The translations under genes were made by a program, and so were the position numbers. From Anthoceros angustus (lineage: Eukaryota > Plantae > Anthocerotophyta): 64,000 nucleotides of DNA. The DNA lies in the NCBI GenBank assembly GCA_010909165.1, contig MU008167.1, positions 248,001-312,000 on the forward strand. The letters run 5' to 3'. How positions within the stretch are numbered: the stretch's first letter is position 1; each line of letters starts with the position of its first letter. A model generated the notes under the pieces. It was not told the origin of the DNA. It was given only the letters and a program-made list of their open reading frames with translations, and made no database searches. Of the stretch, positions 33,200 to 45,900 are shown piece by piece.

Positions 33200-35950
33200 T
33201 TGCCGATAATCGTCCTCATGTGAACACCGCCATCAAGACCACGGTATTTAGTGTCACGCTGGTTACGTTGTCTTCCATTGGAGCCACATTACGCTCATCG
33301 AGTCCGGAGGTTGCCCCATCTTCGTAGTGTCACGCTGGTTCTTCCAATGGAGCCACATTACATTACGCGCGCTGGTCCGGAGGTTCTCGCCCCATCCTCG
33401 ACGTCCATAGGCCACATGCCATGCGCTATATGGCTCCGCCCCACTCGCTCCCTCCATCCTCGCCGGGTACCAGCGATGGCCTATGTTGTCATCCCCGTCT
33501 CCGGATGCATGCATGCTGCCACCGCGGCGGCACAAACGGACCATCTATTGAGCGCACTCACACACAAACTTTCTCCGTATTTACAATGTCAAATCCGGTA
33601 CGACTTTCGCATCGATGGCCTTGTCCCTCACGGCGACACTCGTACCATCTAACCTTCAACAAAATTGGCTTAAAATCATGCGAGAACCGCAGCGGAGTAT
33701 TTGTTCTATGTGCCCGAGAACGGGCGCCTCTTCAATGTCGCCACCGCCATTGAGAAACGCGCCACCGCACTCTCTTTGTACTCCGGCGACGCTTTGTCCG
33801 CCCATCGCTCGAGGTGGCTGCCTTTGTTCCACATGTGGCTATATGCCACCGCTGCAACGCAGCCCATCCATGATTGCGGTCACTTGTGGGTCATGCAAGG
33901 ATGCCCATCCCATGCTCGAGCCCTTCTTCCATATCCACCCGAAAGTCCGCCGACCATCCTGCACCGTTTGTCCTAACTTCTTCCTCAGACATGTCCAAGA
34001 ACGGCTGCACCTGTGTGATACAACATATGTAGCGCGTGCCTCCACGGCATCCATAATGTACGGACGGCCGACACCAAAGCACCTTCTCCCCATACGCTCA
34101 TCCGCACCATGCTTCTCCCACGTGAGCGTAATAACGCGGAGAAATGTCATGCCGAAATGCAAACTCTCCTCACGCATGTACCCCACCGCTATATCGGACT
34201 CGGGTCTCCCGCCGTCCGCTTCCCTCGGATCCTAAATACCTCTCCACCGGGTACATCCACCTAGTGTGAATCCCAAAGCGGCCACCTCGTCCACTAAGTG
34301 TAATATGAGGTGGGTTGATATATCAAACATCTTGGGGAAATTGCTTCGAGAGCACATTACCCTCATCGCCTCTGTGCTTGGATGTCCCGACGATCGTCCA
34401 GGGCAAATCCAGGCGGCCCCTAGCTTTACAACCGCCTTGTACACCTCGGCTCTATGCACCCCGGAGGACGATGGGGAATATGATTTCCAACATAATGTGC
34501 GGCCATGGCATTTCAGCCAACTTTCCCGCTTTCCACCTTAGGCTATGTTGGACCCATAGTGGGCCTTGATGCGTTTAATGCCCTCAATCACGGTCTTCAA
34601 GTCCGATTTGGACAAACGACGCTGGGTATTGGCCATCGTCACCTGTGCCACAACCATCTTTTCCCTCCGCTTGCTACCATGTCCATGCGCGAAGCAATGT
34701 CATCTCGCCTCCCGCTGCAGCCATATGGCCGCATTGTTTTTTCCACGTGCATCACATCCTTTGGCGCCCACACAAGCATGTGACGCGATGGCAGACAACA
34801 AGGACGACATTCTCTCGGTTCCAAAGTTGCCCACCGACGGACGTCTGCAGTGTCGCAGCTTCTCTGCGTGCCATATCCGTACAATATCATCGAACGTTGG
34901 CGGCTTTGGTTTGGTCGGAGGTCCGCCATCCATCAAACCAATGCATCCTCCCACCGCCACCGTCATTATGGCCACCGCGCGATCCGACATAAACGGGCTT
35001 TTCAAATCGGAATAGCGAGAATCAAGGTCCACCAAGAATCGACGCGCGCTTCCTCTCACTTGCAATCCGGTGAGGGTACCCAACCCGGTAATCGGCAATG
35101 ATGCGAATCACACAGAATTTGAAATGCCTCTTAGGATGGTTTTCGATTGAGAAATCTTCCATGTCCACCCTCCATAACTCTTCGAGTTCATCTACCGGTG
35201 CCATGTACACATCGAAATTTTTAACCATCCCCGCCCCGCACAATCGGAGGCATGATGACATGCGTCCTTTGGCCGCAAGGTGGCATGTTGTGCACAAATA
35301 CCAAAACCGCCATATGGACGTGTTTGCGACTCGGCCAAACGGGTTGAACCTGCCTGTGGATAATGCTAACCTCAAGTTCCTCGGCTCATCGCCGAAACCA
35401 TCAATCGCATCTAGTGCTCTCCATGCCGGGTATCCGCCATCATGGACATGTCCCCATTCTCGCTTTGCCTCCCGACATACCAAGTCATCAATCGCTATTT
35501 CCGCCATTCAAACATGCGTTCGGTTTCAAGGGAAAATGCGAGGACCTTCCGAGGACTCGACCTGCTTCATCAAACCCATCCTCGAACCGCGGCCCCACAC
35601 TTTGGGCAATGGTTGCCGTACCGAATAACGAGCCTTTTCTCACAAGCATGGATTTTCTCATATCCGGGGCCAAATAGGTGCACAGTTGACTTGGCCTCGA
35701 CATGTCCTTCTAACTCGCTCGATCGGCAAAAATCCACACTTAAGATCTTTAAGAGGGTCAGTGCCACCGATGTCAAACATGGTTTGCCAAGACAACAACA
35801 ATTGTGGCGCTTAGCCGCTCTCGCTTTCACCGCCTGCTCACCTGGTATAAAGGCGCCTCGCCAGCAGGCTGCGGCGTTCCTCCGTGCCAAGTGCATGATC
35901 TGTTTCCAGCAAGTCGCCCACAGAGTGCATATGAGGTACCTCTTCACATC
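33200..35950 (-). pseudogene. CACTA TnpD-like transposase relic (Transposase_21 / DUF4218 region)
   Basis: YEKIHAC..CPKCG, AWRALD..FGDEPRNLRLALSTGRFNPFG, FDVYMAP..ELEELW and FP.MFDISTHLILHLVDEV occur in shifting frames. Boundaries are approximate. Confidence 0.85.
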
Positions 35951-37829
35951 CTGCCTCGTCCATGCCTCCACATCGGAGCCGCCACTTTGGTCGCCCCCAT
36001 TGCCTCGGTCTCATTTCATACTCCTCGAGCCCGTTTATCCGTCTTGGTGGAGAGACGCCTTCAAGGCCTCCGCCACCGCTGTGTCCAAACTTGGCTCCAC
36101 TACCCGATAAACCTCGAATGCAAATTAGAGAGACAAGGTGGCAGCACGCAACAGAGCTTACCGCGCCGGAGCCGTGAGTACCGCAAATGCCTTGAGATGT
36201 GTCGAATCCGCTGTGGAGGTCGCCACACACCGACGGCATGGACAAAACATGTAAACCTCATTTGCAAATCGGGCATCTTGTGGTCCCGACTTGTCGACAC
36301 AAGCGAATCGCGACGCAGTGCAACCTATGAATGCCAGACCGCACCGGAATTCATGTCCAATTCACAACGACCCATCAGACACGCGCTGTAGGTGCATCAC
36401 GCCGCAGCGCAGACGCCACCTCCAAATCGAGAACCGGTCCTTCAACATTAGAGCACCTCGAGATGAGCCGATCCGTCGATGGCACGGAGAGGAAGTACGG
36501 TTGTGGATTCACGCCATGTTCATCCGGGGTGAGAGCGACCGGATGGGATGAATCATTGCATTGGCGGGATGTCCCGGGCTGAATAAACACTCCCGACATG
36601 AGCGCAGCCGCCGCAGCGGTGAGGTGACGGCGGCTATTGAAAGGGAGGAGATGAGCAAACGGGCTAGCGGGCAGCAACGGTCGACCGCTCACATGATGTG
36701 AGTCATTGCACTTGCAAACATGTGTTCGGGCTAAAACAGATGCCCCACCTCCTTCACAATTTTACATTCAAACCCGACGGAAGCGGTTGCATTGAAAGGA
36801 AGAAGATGCTCGACGAGGCGCGCCATCCTTGCGTAGCCACCTCCTTGATTTGCACCGTCCATAGCGAGGATAGTGTTGAGCTCATGCTCTCAAAGTCTCT
36901 ATACAACTCCCATGTTGCGCGCCATTGCGGTGAAAGGCGGTGCAGTGGCCGCACAGCGTGTTCCATGCCGTCTCTTCCGCCGCCCCCAAGTCCATTCTTG
37001 AGGTAGCTTCACCATAGTGGCGCGCTTGATGTGAAGCCCCACAACGGCTTTGTTCTATCCGAAACAATCGACTCAAGTTCTGCAGAAATCCTCCCCGGAT
37101 CGTGGCTGCAAAAGTGTAGCTCATGCGACTTGCCTCTTCCTCCCATTGGGAAATTGCTGCAGGTTCGGCGCCCGGCGTGACGGACGGCCCGTCCCAAAGC
37201 TGTGGAATCCTCCCCGGCTTCCCTCTCCCGCCAGACGCATGGTCGGTGAAGGCGAGTGTTGTGTGCCTTCCCTTCCTCTCAACCTCCCTTTCGCCTTCAA
37301 CTTTCGAGGCAAAGTCCCACCGCTTCCACCTCGATCCATCACGGTTTGGAGGCGACACTTGTATAGTTTGTCGCAGGCCACTATCCAGGAGGGCAACGCC
37401 ACGATGGCAAAGGATCCCAAAGTTTGTGAATCCATATGGCATCCATCGGCACACGGCACGATTGACACGTCAAACATAAGTGACGGGTGGCGTGACATGT
37501 CATGTCCGCTCCACGGTATGGATGGGCACCAACCCTATCCATCCATTCCGCAAGTGGACATGAGTGTCATCGACTTTTATTGCGGTGTGTTGATGAGTAG
37601 TACACGTGGTACAAATGGAGGAATCACATTTCCCAACGCCGCTTTAAGAATGGTGAAGTATACCCGAATGTGAGGTATAACTGGCCCCGAACACGACGAT
37701 CGCCATGCCCAAGAGACGGCAAAAAGCTGGGGCCGACGCTGCCTCGCCTCGCCGTGGCCGTGGGCGGAGAGCAACCTCCGCCCATCGCCGATGGCCATCG
37801 CCGTGAATGGAACGCATCTTCCTCGATGG

Positions 37830-38260
37830 CCGCCGTCATGTGGACGCAAAGAATATCCACAATCTCGCAATGTTGCAAGCAACATCAAGGTGAGGAAATG
37901 AACGCTTTGCAACATATAAAGAGAAATCCAAACATCCACGAGGTTCAAAGAAATGATCGCCACACAGTCACCCGGCTTGTGAAACGAGGTGTGACAACCG
38001 CGATTTGGACACCTTCCATGCCACATGAGGTTGGATACCATGCCGCACCCGTGACCATTGACAGACTTCCACATTGCCACCCCAATGGCGGATTCCATTT
38101 GCATGCACACGAAGACACGCCCACTAAGATGGGCGAGCTCAACGCCTCCAGCCGCGCTTGGGGTCCTTGATGGCCATCGGCGAGGGGCGGTGCACCGGAG
38201 ATGGAGAGAACAACAAACCAATGGTGGTTCTTCCACCGCACCGAGGGCCTCCAACGTGAA
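37830..38260 (-). pseudogene. Ulp1/C48 SUMO-protease-like relic inside the CACTA
   Basis: KNHHWFVVL (His motif) is followed about 110 codons later by RDCG, then frameshifted CVHM (Cys motif). Confidence 0.5.
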
Positions 38261-39254
38261 GTTGGTTTACACATGCCCATGGCAATTGCAGACGGATGAA
38301 GAGAGGAGGAGAGGGCAAGGGTTGGGAGTTGTGCAGCCTCCTCGACTATTCCACAAGGGCGACCGCATCTGCTTGGAGGAGCAACAGATCGCCACAACCA
38401 TGAAGCGGAGGCCCAGGCAAGGTCATTTAAACCGTGCATGCAGATGAGGGCCGCCGTGGGCAACCAATTGTGCGTCATGGCGAATGGAGGAACGGTCGAG
38501 GGAATCTTTCATGTCGACCGTTCCTGTAAAGGAAAAACGCAGGCATGGCAGGCTTTCCCGGCTATCGATTTCCATGAATGACCACTATTGCAAGTTGCAA
38601 TGAGGATGGCGGTGCGTGCGGGCATAGAGTGGCGGATTCCAATGCCGCGTTTCAGCGTGATATGAAAAAAGGCCACAAACGTCCGCCTTCCGTGACGTGA
38701 GGGTTGTCGCCATTGCGCTTTTCACAATTTCAGTGTGTCCTCCGCCATGTCTCCTAGTTGATGGTCGGCGCATGCGCTCCAGACATTACGCCCGCCGAAA
38801 TGGCCACGCAGGATGGCGCGGATCTTATTTGATTCACTACCGGTTCAGATCTCTTAGGCGGTCAAAGAGGAGCGAGCTCGACAGTGCCATGCCCGTGTGA
38901 AATGATGATCACGGTCTTCCTTACATCACGGGACATGGCTCGCCAAATGCTACCGTCACCACTTATTGGCAATGGCGCACATGTGGACATTAGTATCTTC
39001 ACTTTGATGAAGGCAACCAAGTCAAGTGGGTTTCAAGTAGGATACATCATAGGGTTCGACCTACCACTTGTCCTTTTGTCATGGCATATGTATGCGGGCC
39101 ATGTACTTGCAAGGATCATAATAGACGAATGGGATGTTTATTGCCATTGTGGTTATAATGTCCGCCCGCAAGGAAAGGGAAAGAATGTAGGTGGCCGGAT
39201 GATCTCCGCCCACTCTTCCTTCCACCACCACAAGGTGACGACGAGTGAAATAAC

Positions 39255-40450
39255 TACTTGGACCATGGTCATTCCGATTGCATTGCGAACAATGGTCCTT
39301 GGTCATGAAAAGTATTCAGTATATTTAACCATCCTTGGACCATGGTCATTTCGATTGCATTCAATGGTCCTTGGCGTGAAAAGTATTCAACACTGCCCAC
39401 ATATGCATTAACCATCCTTGGACCATGGTCATTTGGATTGCATTGCAATGGTCCTTGGTCAGTGTATTCAACATCGTCAACATATGCATTAACCATCCTT
39501 GGACCATATTTCATTGCATTGAACAATGGTCCTTGAAAAGGTACTCAAGCTCGAACACATATGCATTAAACGTCCTTGGACCATGGTCATTCGATTGCAT
39601 TGCAACAATGGTCCTTGGATCATAAGTCATTGCTCCACCACATATGGAACATCCTTGGAACATATGCATAACAATGCGGATCTCAAGTAGTCAACATTCC
39701 ACCACATATGCAGAACCATCCTTGGACCATGGTCTTTTCAACTCACAAACCACAACATCCATGGCCCATGGGCATCCAAGTTGCAAATGCCCTTGTCACG
39801 AATTATCGTCATGTATATATGCAGAAGTATGACATGTCTCATTGATTGAACAATGCCTTGGATCTCGAATAAACACTTTCCACCACATATGCGAACCATC
39901 CTTGGACCATGGTCTTTTCAACTCACAAACCAACAACATCCATGGCCCATGGGCATCCGCAAGTTGCCAAATTCCTTGGGTCACGAATTATCGTACAATC
40001 GCCTATATATGCTAAGTATGGGGACATGCCAACTTCGAACAAAAAGAGGTGTGTGCGCAAGAGACAAAGATGGCTAGGCGAGCCATGACGGCCACACACC
40101 GACAACACCATTCACCCATGGGCATCCAAAGCATGCGCCAAATCGTCCTTCGGTCACGAAGGCGTCAAATCGCCGGGCTATATATGTGAAGCACGGGACA
40201 TGGCGCATGGAATGTAGGTGACGCGACGGCAAGGACGGCGATCAAGGCCGGAGCCGTGGCACATGGCTGACACTTGACATCGAAGGTAAAACCACCCCGG
40301 ACGTGATCGCGGTGGCATGTTGAACGGGCCATGACGGCATGAATGACCATACAACATCCTTGGCACATGGGCATCCGAGCATTGTTACCAATTTCGTCCT
40401 TGGGTCACGTATATTGCATTGCCGGGCTATATATGTGAAGCATGGGGACA
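39255..40450. repeat. Internal CACTA tandem arrays (~100-bp ccttggaccatggtc units, then ~180-bp units)
   Basis: aaccatccttggaccatggtc and ccatgggcatcc...gtcacgaatt recur. Confidence 0.8.
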
Positions 40451-41019
40451 TGGGAGCTGCTCAAAGAGGTGACGGTGTCCGACGCCAAAGACGGCATGGG
40501 GCATGCGGACACATGGGTATTCGGGAGAACTGATGGAGGTGCGTCGGAAACATGGCATGTGGCAAGGAGCCGTGGCATGTCCTTCGTTACGCCTCCCTCC
40601 CTCCGTCACCACAAGGTTACCACCTTCGGAAAACCCATATCGCCACTTCGCAGCTTGCACTCCGGCTTGTCGCGTTAGGTCTGTCAGGCGCGCAGCTTGG
40701 CGTGGTTCGGCTATGGTTTGGGACGTGGACTTCAAGATTTGGCCGAGGCGTCGCTTAAGCCTACAACCCGCTACCATAACCCGTGACTTGGATGGCGGCG
40801 CGAAAGTGGTTGCGCGGAAAACAGAGGACGGAGGGCCCCTACGCCCCGCTTATGGCCGGAGAGGCAAGGTTTGGAAAATGGAGAGGACGCCGAGGCAGCG
40901 CTGCATGGTCAAGTGGAATTGGACAACGGCCTCGGACGGGTGCCAAAGCCGAGGAACCGAGGCAAGCGATGTGGGCGATCTGCCGCCTCGCAGGCGGGAG
41001 TGGATGCCGGGAGGGTCCT

Positions 41020-42955
41020 TCCGTGGAGCCGAATGGAGGCATGGAGGGGCTCGGGAGGGGAGTTGCACGCACTGGAAGGTGTTGGGATGAGGAGGAGGCA
41101 ACAAATCCTCCTCATTCGACGTCTCTCCAAGAGGTGGGCAGCTAACGGTGGAGCTTGTGGTGCAGGGACGACTGCCGACGCAGCGACTTTGAAAGGGCCC
41201 TCCACGCCGTTGAAGAGTGAAATTGCCGAGGTGCACGCGCGACCGTGGGCATGTGGAGGACGACGGAGGTCTTGCCGAGGACGCGCACCTGGATGGCGGA
41301 GGGAGAATAGGGCTCTTCTAGAAGAGCTTATTTTTGGTGACATGGAAGACTCAAGGAGCGCAGGAGGGTCTTTTCAAGGGCAGCAAAGTGCGGCCTTTGG
41401 AGTTGATATTGCAGGCCAGGAGGAAGAGGAGGAGGCCACGAAACACCCATGGGCCGAGAGGCAGATCGACGAGGACACCACCGGCACGAGGATGGTGAAA
41501 GCGGAGGAGGCGGGAGTGGAAAATGGCGGTGAAGAGGTGGACGAGGACCTACCGACAACATTGTGCAGGAGAGAGATAGGGGAGCCGTGAAAAGTTGGCC
41601 GGTAAGCCACTTGACGACATCATTGCCGTGTTGTGCAAGCTGCATGGTCGTGGGGGGGTTTACATGGCTGTGAGCCGCCTGTGTGATGGAGGGTGGGTGG
41701 AGAATGAAGATGAGGAGGAAGAGCCCATGGACGAGGAGGGACTGGTCCGGAAGGCCTTCCAGTGGTTGGAGCTAGTGTGCCAAGATGCGCTTGATGGTAC
41801 CATGGTCCAGCCAGCGAGACTTTGAGGGATGATTGGTGAGGAAGGTAGAGTACGAGTTCCCTAGTGTAGATCGCGAGGATATCGTGTCCAGTTTGCTGGG
41901 GCTTCATGGACAAGAAACCACAACGCGAAGAAGGTGCGAAGTGCGTTATTTGGAGGAGAAGGGAAAGATGCGAAATGGCTGCACCCTCCGAACGCCACAT
42001 GGAGACGGCCGTGGAGCCGAATGGAGGCATGGAGGGGCTTCGGGGGAGGAGGTGCACGCACAGTGGAAGGTGTTGCCGATGAGGAGGCGGCAACAAATCC
42101 TCCTCATTCCACGTCTGTCTCCAAGAGGTGGGCTAACGGTGGAGCTTGTGGGTGCGAGACGACACGCCGCAGACGGACTTTGAAAGGGCCCTCCACGCCG
42201 TTGAAGAGTGCGAAATTGCAGGGTGCGAGGCGGACCGTGGGCATGTGGAGGACGGCGGAGGTCTTGCCGAGGGGCACCTCTGGATGGCGGGAGGGAGAAT
42301 AGGGCTCTTCTAGAAGAGCTTATTTTTGGTGACCATGGAGACTCAAGGAGCGGGCGGAGGGTCTTTCAAGGCGGCAAAGTGCGGCCTTTGGAGTTGATAT
42401 TGCTTGCGGGGAGGAAGAGGAGGAGGCCACGAAACACACACATGGGTCGAGAGAGGCCTGAGGCAGGCACTCGAGGATGGTGGCGGGAGGAGGCGGAGTG
42501 GAAATGGGCTGGTGAAGAGGTGGACGAGGACCTACCACAACATCAGCGGGAGAGATAGGGAGGACGAAAAGTTGGCGGTAAGCCACTTGGACATCATTGC
42601 CGTGTTGTGTGCAGTGGTGGGGGGTTTACATGGTTGAGCCGTGTGTGATGGAGGGTGGGTGGAGAATGAAGATGAGGAGGAAGAGCCCATGGCGAGGAGG
42701 GACGGTCCGGAAGGCCTTCCAGTGCGTGTTGGAGCTAGTGCGATGGCTTGATGGTACCATGGTCCGACCACGGCGAGACTTTGAGGGACAGTTGGTGAGG
42801 AAGGTAGAGTACGAGTTCCCTAGTGTAGATCGCGAGGATATCGTGTCCGGGGTTTGCAGGGCTTCGGACAAGAAACCTAGCGTTGGCAAGAAGGTGCGAC
42901 AGTGCGGTTATTTGGAGGAGAAGGGAAAGATGCGAAATGTGCACCCTCCGAACGT
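41020..42955 (+). repeat. About 990-bp tandem duplication of a coding-like segment in the CACTA
   Basis: ccgtggagccgaatggaggcatggagggg at about 41021 and 42009. Both copies encode ENRALLEELIFGD and VRKVEYEFPSVDREDIVS. Confidence 0.85.
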
Positions 42956-45900
42956 CGGCACCAAGGCGTGGAGGCGGGCATGGAGCAAGCGGTGGTGTTG
43001 CACAAGCACGGTGGTGGCCAACCCCACAACAAATAACTTCATTTCGACTTAAAACGAGCATGGGACCAATCCATTTGGTCCCATGGGAGCAAAAGAGTTC
43101 GAGAGAAGGTATGTTCAGTGGGGAAGGAGCGCAGACAAGAGTTGAAATGGGCTGCGAAACATGGATTGGAGAGCATGCGGACTCTGGAGTGGTATGGCGA
43201 TAGATCGGGGCCTTGGTTGAATAGCTAATGGTCAAAAAGTGCGCATGTAGGACATGAAGGCTGAGCGATGGCGTGTGTGCATGGCTGCAGTCAAGGAGAA
43301 GGAAAATAATGTGCGGTGAAGGGCACGAAAAGATGGAAGGAACCATAGCATGTCCCAGGGGAAGGGGGAAGGTGGAACGAGGAGGGCATCACACTCGTGT
43401 GATGTCGGAGGCGTGGGGATGGTGTGGAAGGTGGAGGCGTGAGTGTGTTGCCACCCACAAGGCGAATCACAAGATCTGTCTCCAAAAGTGTGAGTTTGGT
43501 GGCAATGGCGGGGATGAATTGAATGCATCATTTTGCCTAGTGTAACATGCACGGTGAATATGCAGCCTATGGGGCCGGAGTGCAAGGCCGAACGTGGAGG
43601 TTAGTGGCTCGAATGCCGCCAAAAGGGTCGACATGAGCGGGAGAAAACGGGAGGTGCTAGGCCAAAAGGGTCGCAAAAGACGCACTATTGAAGATGCAGA
43701 GGAGTCGACTCGGATGACGCCAAGAGTCAGTGCCGCCGACACCGTGGTGGTATGTGCAAGTCCATGTCCGCAATAAGCTCGGATTGATTTGAGCCGTGAC
43801 GCTGTGATTTTGATGCCGCCTTTCTTGCCAGCAAGCGGGAGCAAACGGCAAATGAAACACGCCGGCAAGCGCATGCAGAGGACATTCACAACCGCCATCG
43901 CGTAACGTGGCTGGTGGAGGGGAGTGATGCGAACTGCACACGCTTTGGTAGTGCCGAGGACGGGCCGGTCCACGCAGATGAAGGGAGATCGGCCTCATAG
44001 CACCTGCCACACATGTGGAGCGGGCATTCCATAGTTCTGTGTAGCGTTTACATTGTCCTTCGATATGTTTTAGCCAGTTGTGGAATGAACCCCAAAAACT
44101 ATGGCATATGTGCTGCAAGCCGCACATGTTCGTATTTGAAGCGGAAGTCTAGATAGGGAAAAACGCACAAATGGGGGCGTTTGAAGAAACGTAATGCGCA
44201 TGTGTCGCATTTGGTGGTAAATGTGATGAGGTATTTATTAATCTATGAGGTGTATACTTATAACTATGGCATGGTTAGATATCTATGAATTTGTACCTAT
44301 ACATAAAGAGTATGTATTCAATATATATATATATATATATATATACGTTTTCATGTATGTAGGATTATACGAATACATCGCTGCAACCGTATATATAAAT
44401 GGACATATAAATAATGTAGAATCCATACATAATTAGTAACAAGGGTTTCGTGTATATGGGGCTTGAAAAGAAAACCAGTGTGGACATAGGGTGCATTGAA
44501 GAGGGAAGATGGAAAGAGAATGATACCTGGGGGAGAGATAGAGTTAGGTAATTGCTATGTAGGAAAAGCAAGAAGGAAGAATAAAATACGGTGGGAGAGG
44601 GAGCTCATTGTCACAATCATATGGCAACACAAAGAGGGAAACAATAAAGAAATGGGTGTCATCTGGAGCATTAACTAGGAGTGTGAGGTGAAAGGTGAGA
44701 CCAAGAGCATGTTGTTAAGATGGTAAGAGAAAGTGGAAAACAAAATCACAAACTTAACACCAAACCAACAAACTTGATGACAAGCTCTTAATGGCGAGGT
44801 GTAAGGTCAAGAGACCACTTGCATGTTGTTAAGATGGTGAGAGAAGGTGGAGGGGAAAATCACAAACTTAACACCAAGCCACCTAACTTTTTGGGTGTAC
44901 CACATGGAAAGTGTTACATGAAATTGTAATAAAGGACTATAACATAAGCAAGTTTTCATTGTATATGTTTGAAATCATAAACAATGCTAGCGAGAGGGAT
45001 GTTGTACTTAGGAGGGTGAGGTGATGAGAGAGAGAGCCGTGTTCATGTTAAGATGGTGACAAGATGAAGGGAATAGTGTCAATCTTAATACCTAAATAGC
45101 ATGTTGCAATTTGGAAGTGTTACATGAAATTGCAATAACGATCGTAACATAGGCTGCCTTTCTAGTAGGGAGTGGCGGAGCTGACTACCAACCCCTGAGC
45201 AAGAATCGAGAAGGGCACACCCAAGATCAGCGAGGTCGCGACTTTCCGTGAGGGGCAATGGAGCGGAGTCAGCAGAAGAGGGCGCCAAGGCACACGACGC
45301 CAGCCAAATCACCGCCTCGCAGGAGGAAGGCGCCGACGATCAAAGGCGCGGGCGCGGGCGGAGGAGAGAAATCCACGCAAGTTCGCGAGGAGGCGTGGAA
45401 GGAGCGCGCGAGGGCTCGATTTTTTTTCTCTTCCACCGTGATCCGCAGGGTAGTCGAGGTTTTGTTTTGGGAGACAACGAGAGAAGGAGATGGCGCCCGA
45501 GCGCCGAAATCTCACTCACGCAGGGCCCAACATGGACCATCGGAAAGTGAGAGCCGGCATGCGTGAGCCGGGTCTCAAGTTCATGGAGAAGAAATGGTGC
45601 TACGGCTACCGCATTGGTGCAAGAGTGCGCCCGCAAGGACCAAGTCGCAAGAGGGTGACGCGAGGAAAAGGCCGCAGAATCTGGATTTGGCCTCTTCGAG
45701 CAAAGGGCGAGAAGCATAGGATGGGAGCTTGGTGATTGACCCCCGAAGAAGACCTTGAAAGCCGCAGCGCGGCCATGAAGCCCGGGGAAGTGAGAGTGAA
45801 CAATGGTGGGTGACTCGCCAACTCGTGGTTCGCACTGTGGGATTGGCCAAATGGATTTTGTGTTCCTATGTAACCTAAGTCGGATCATATGGCGGATCAC

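Larger units (their letters stand above)
29476..45170 (-). mobile_element. CACTA/En-Spm-type DNA transposon with CCCTA termini (15.7 kb)
   Basis: TIRs CCCTACTAGAAA(A)GGCAGCCTATGTTAC at both ends, 3-bp TSD AGT, subterminal gttaca/gttgca repeats and transposase relics. Confidence 0.93.
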
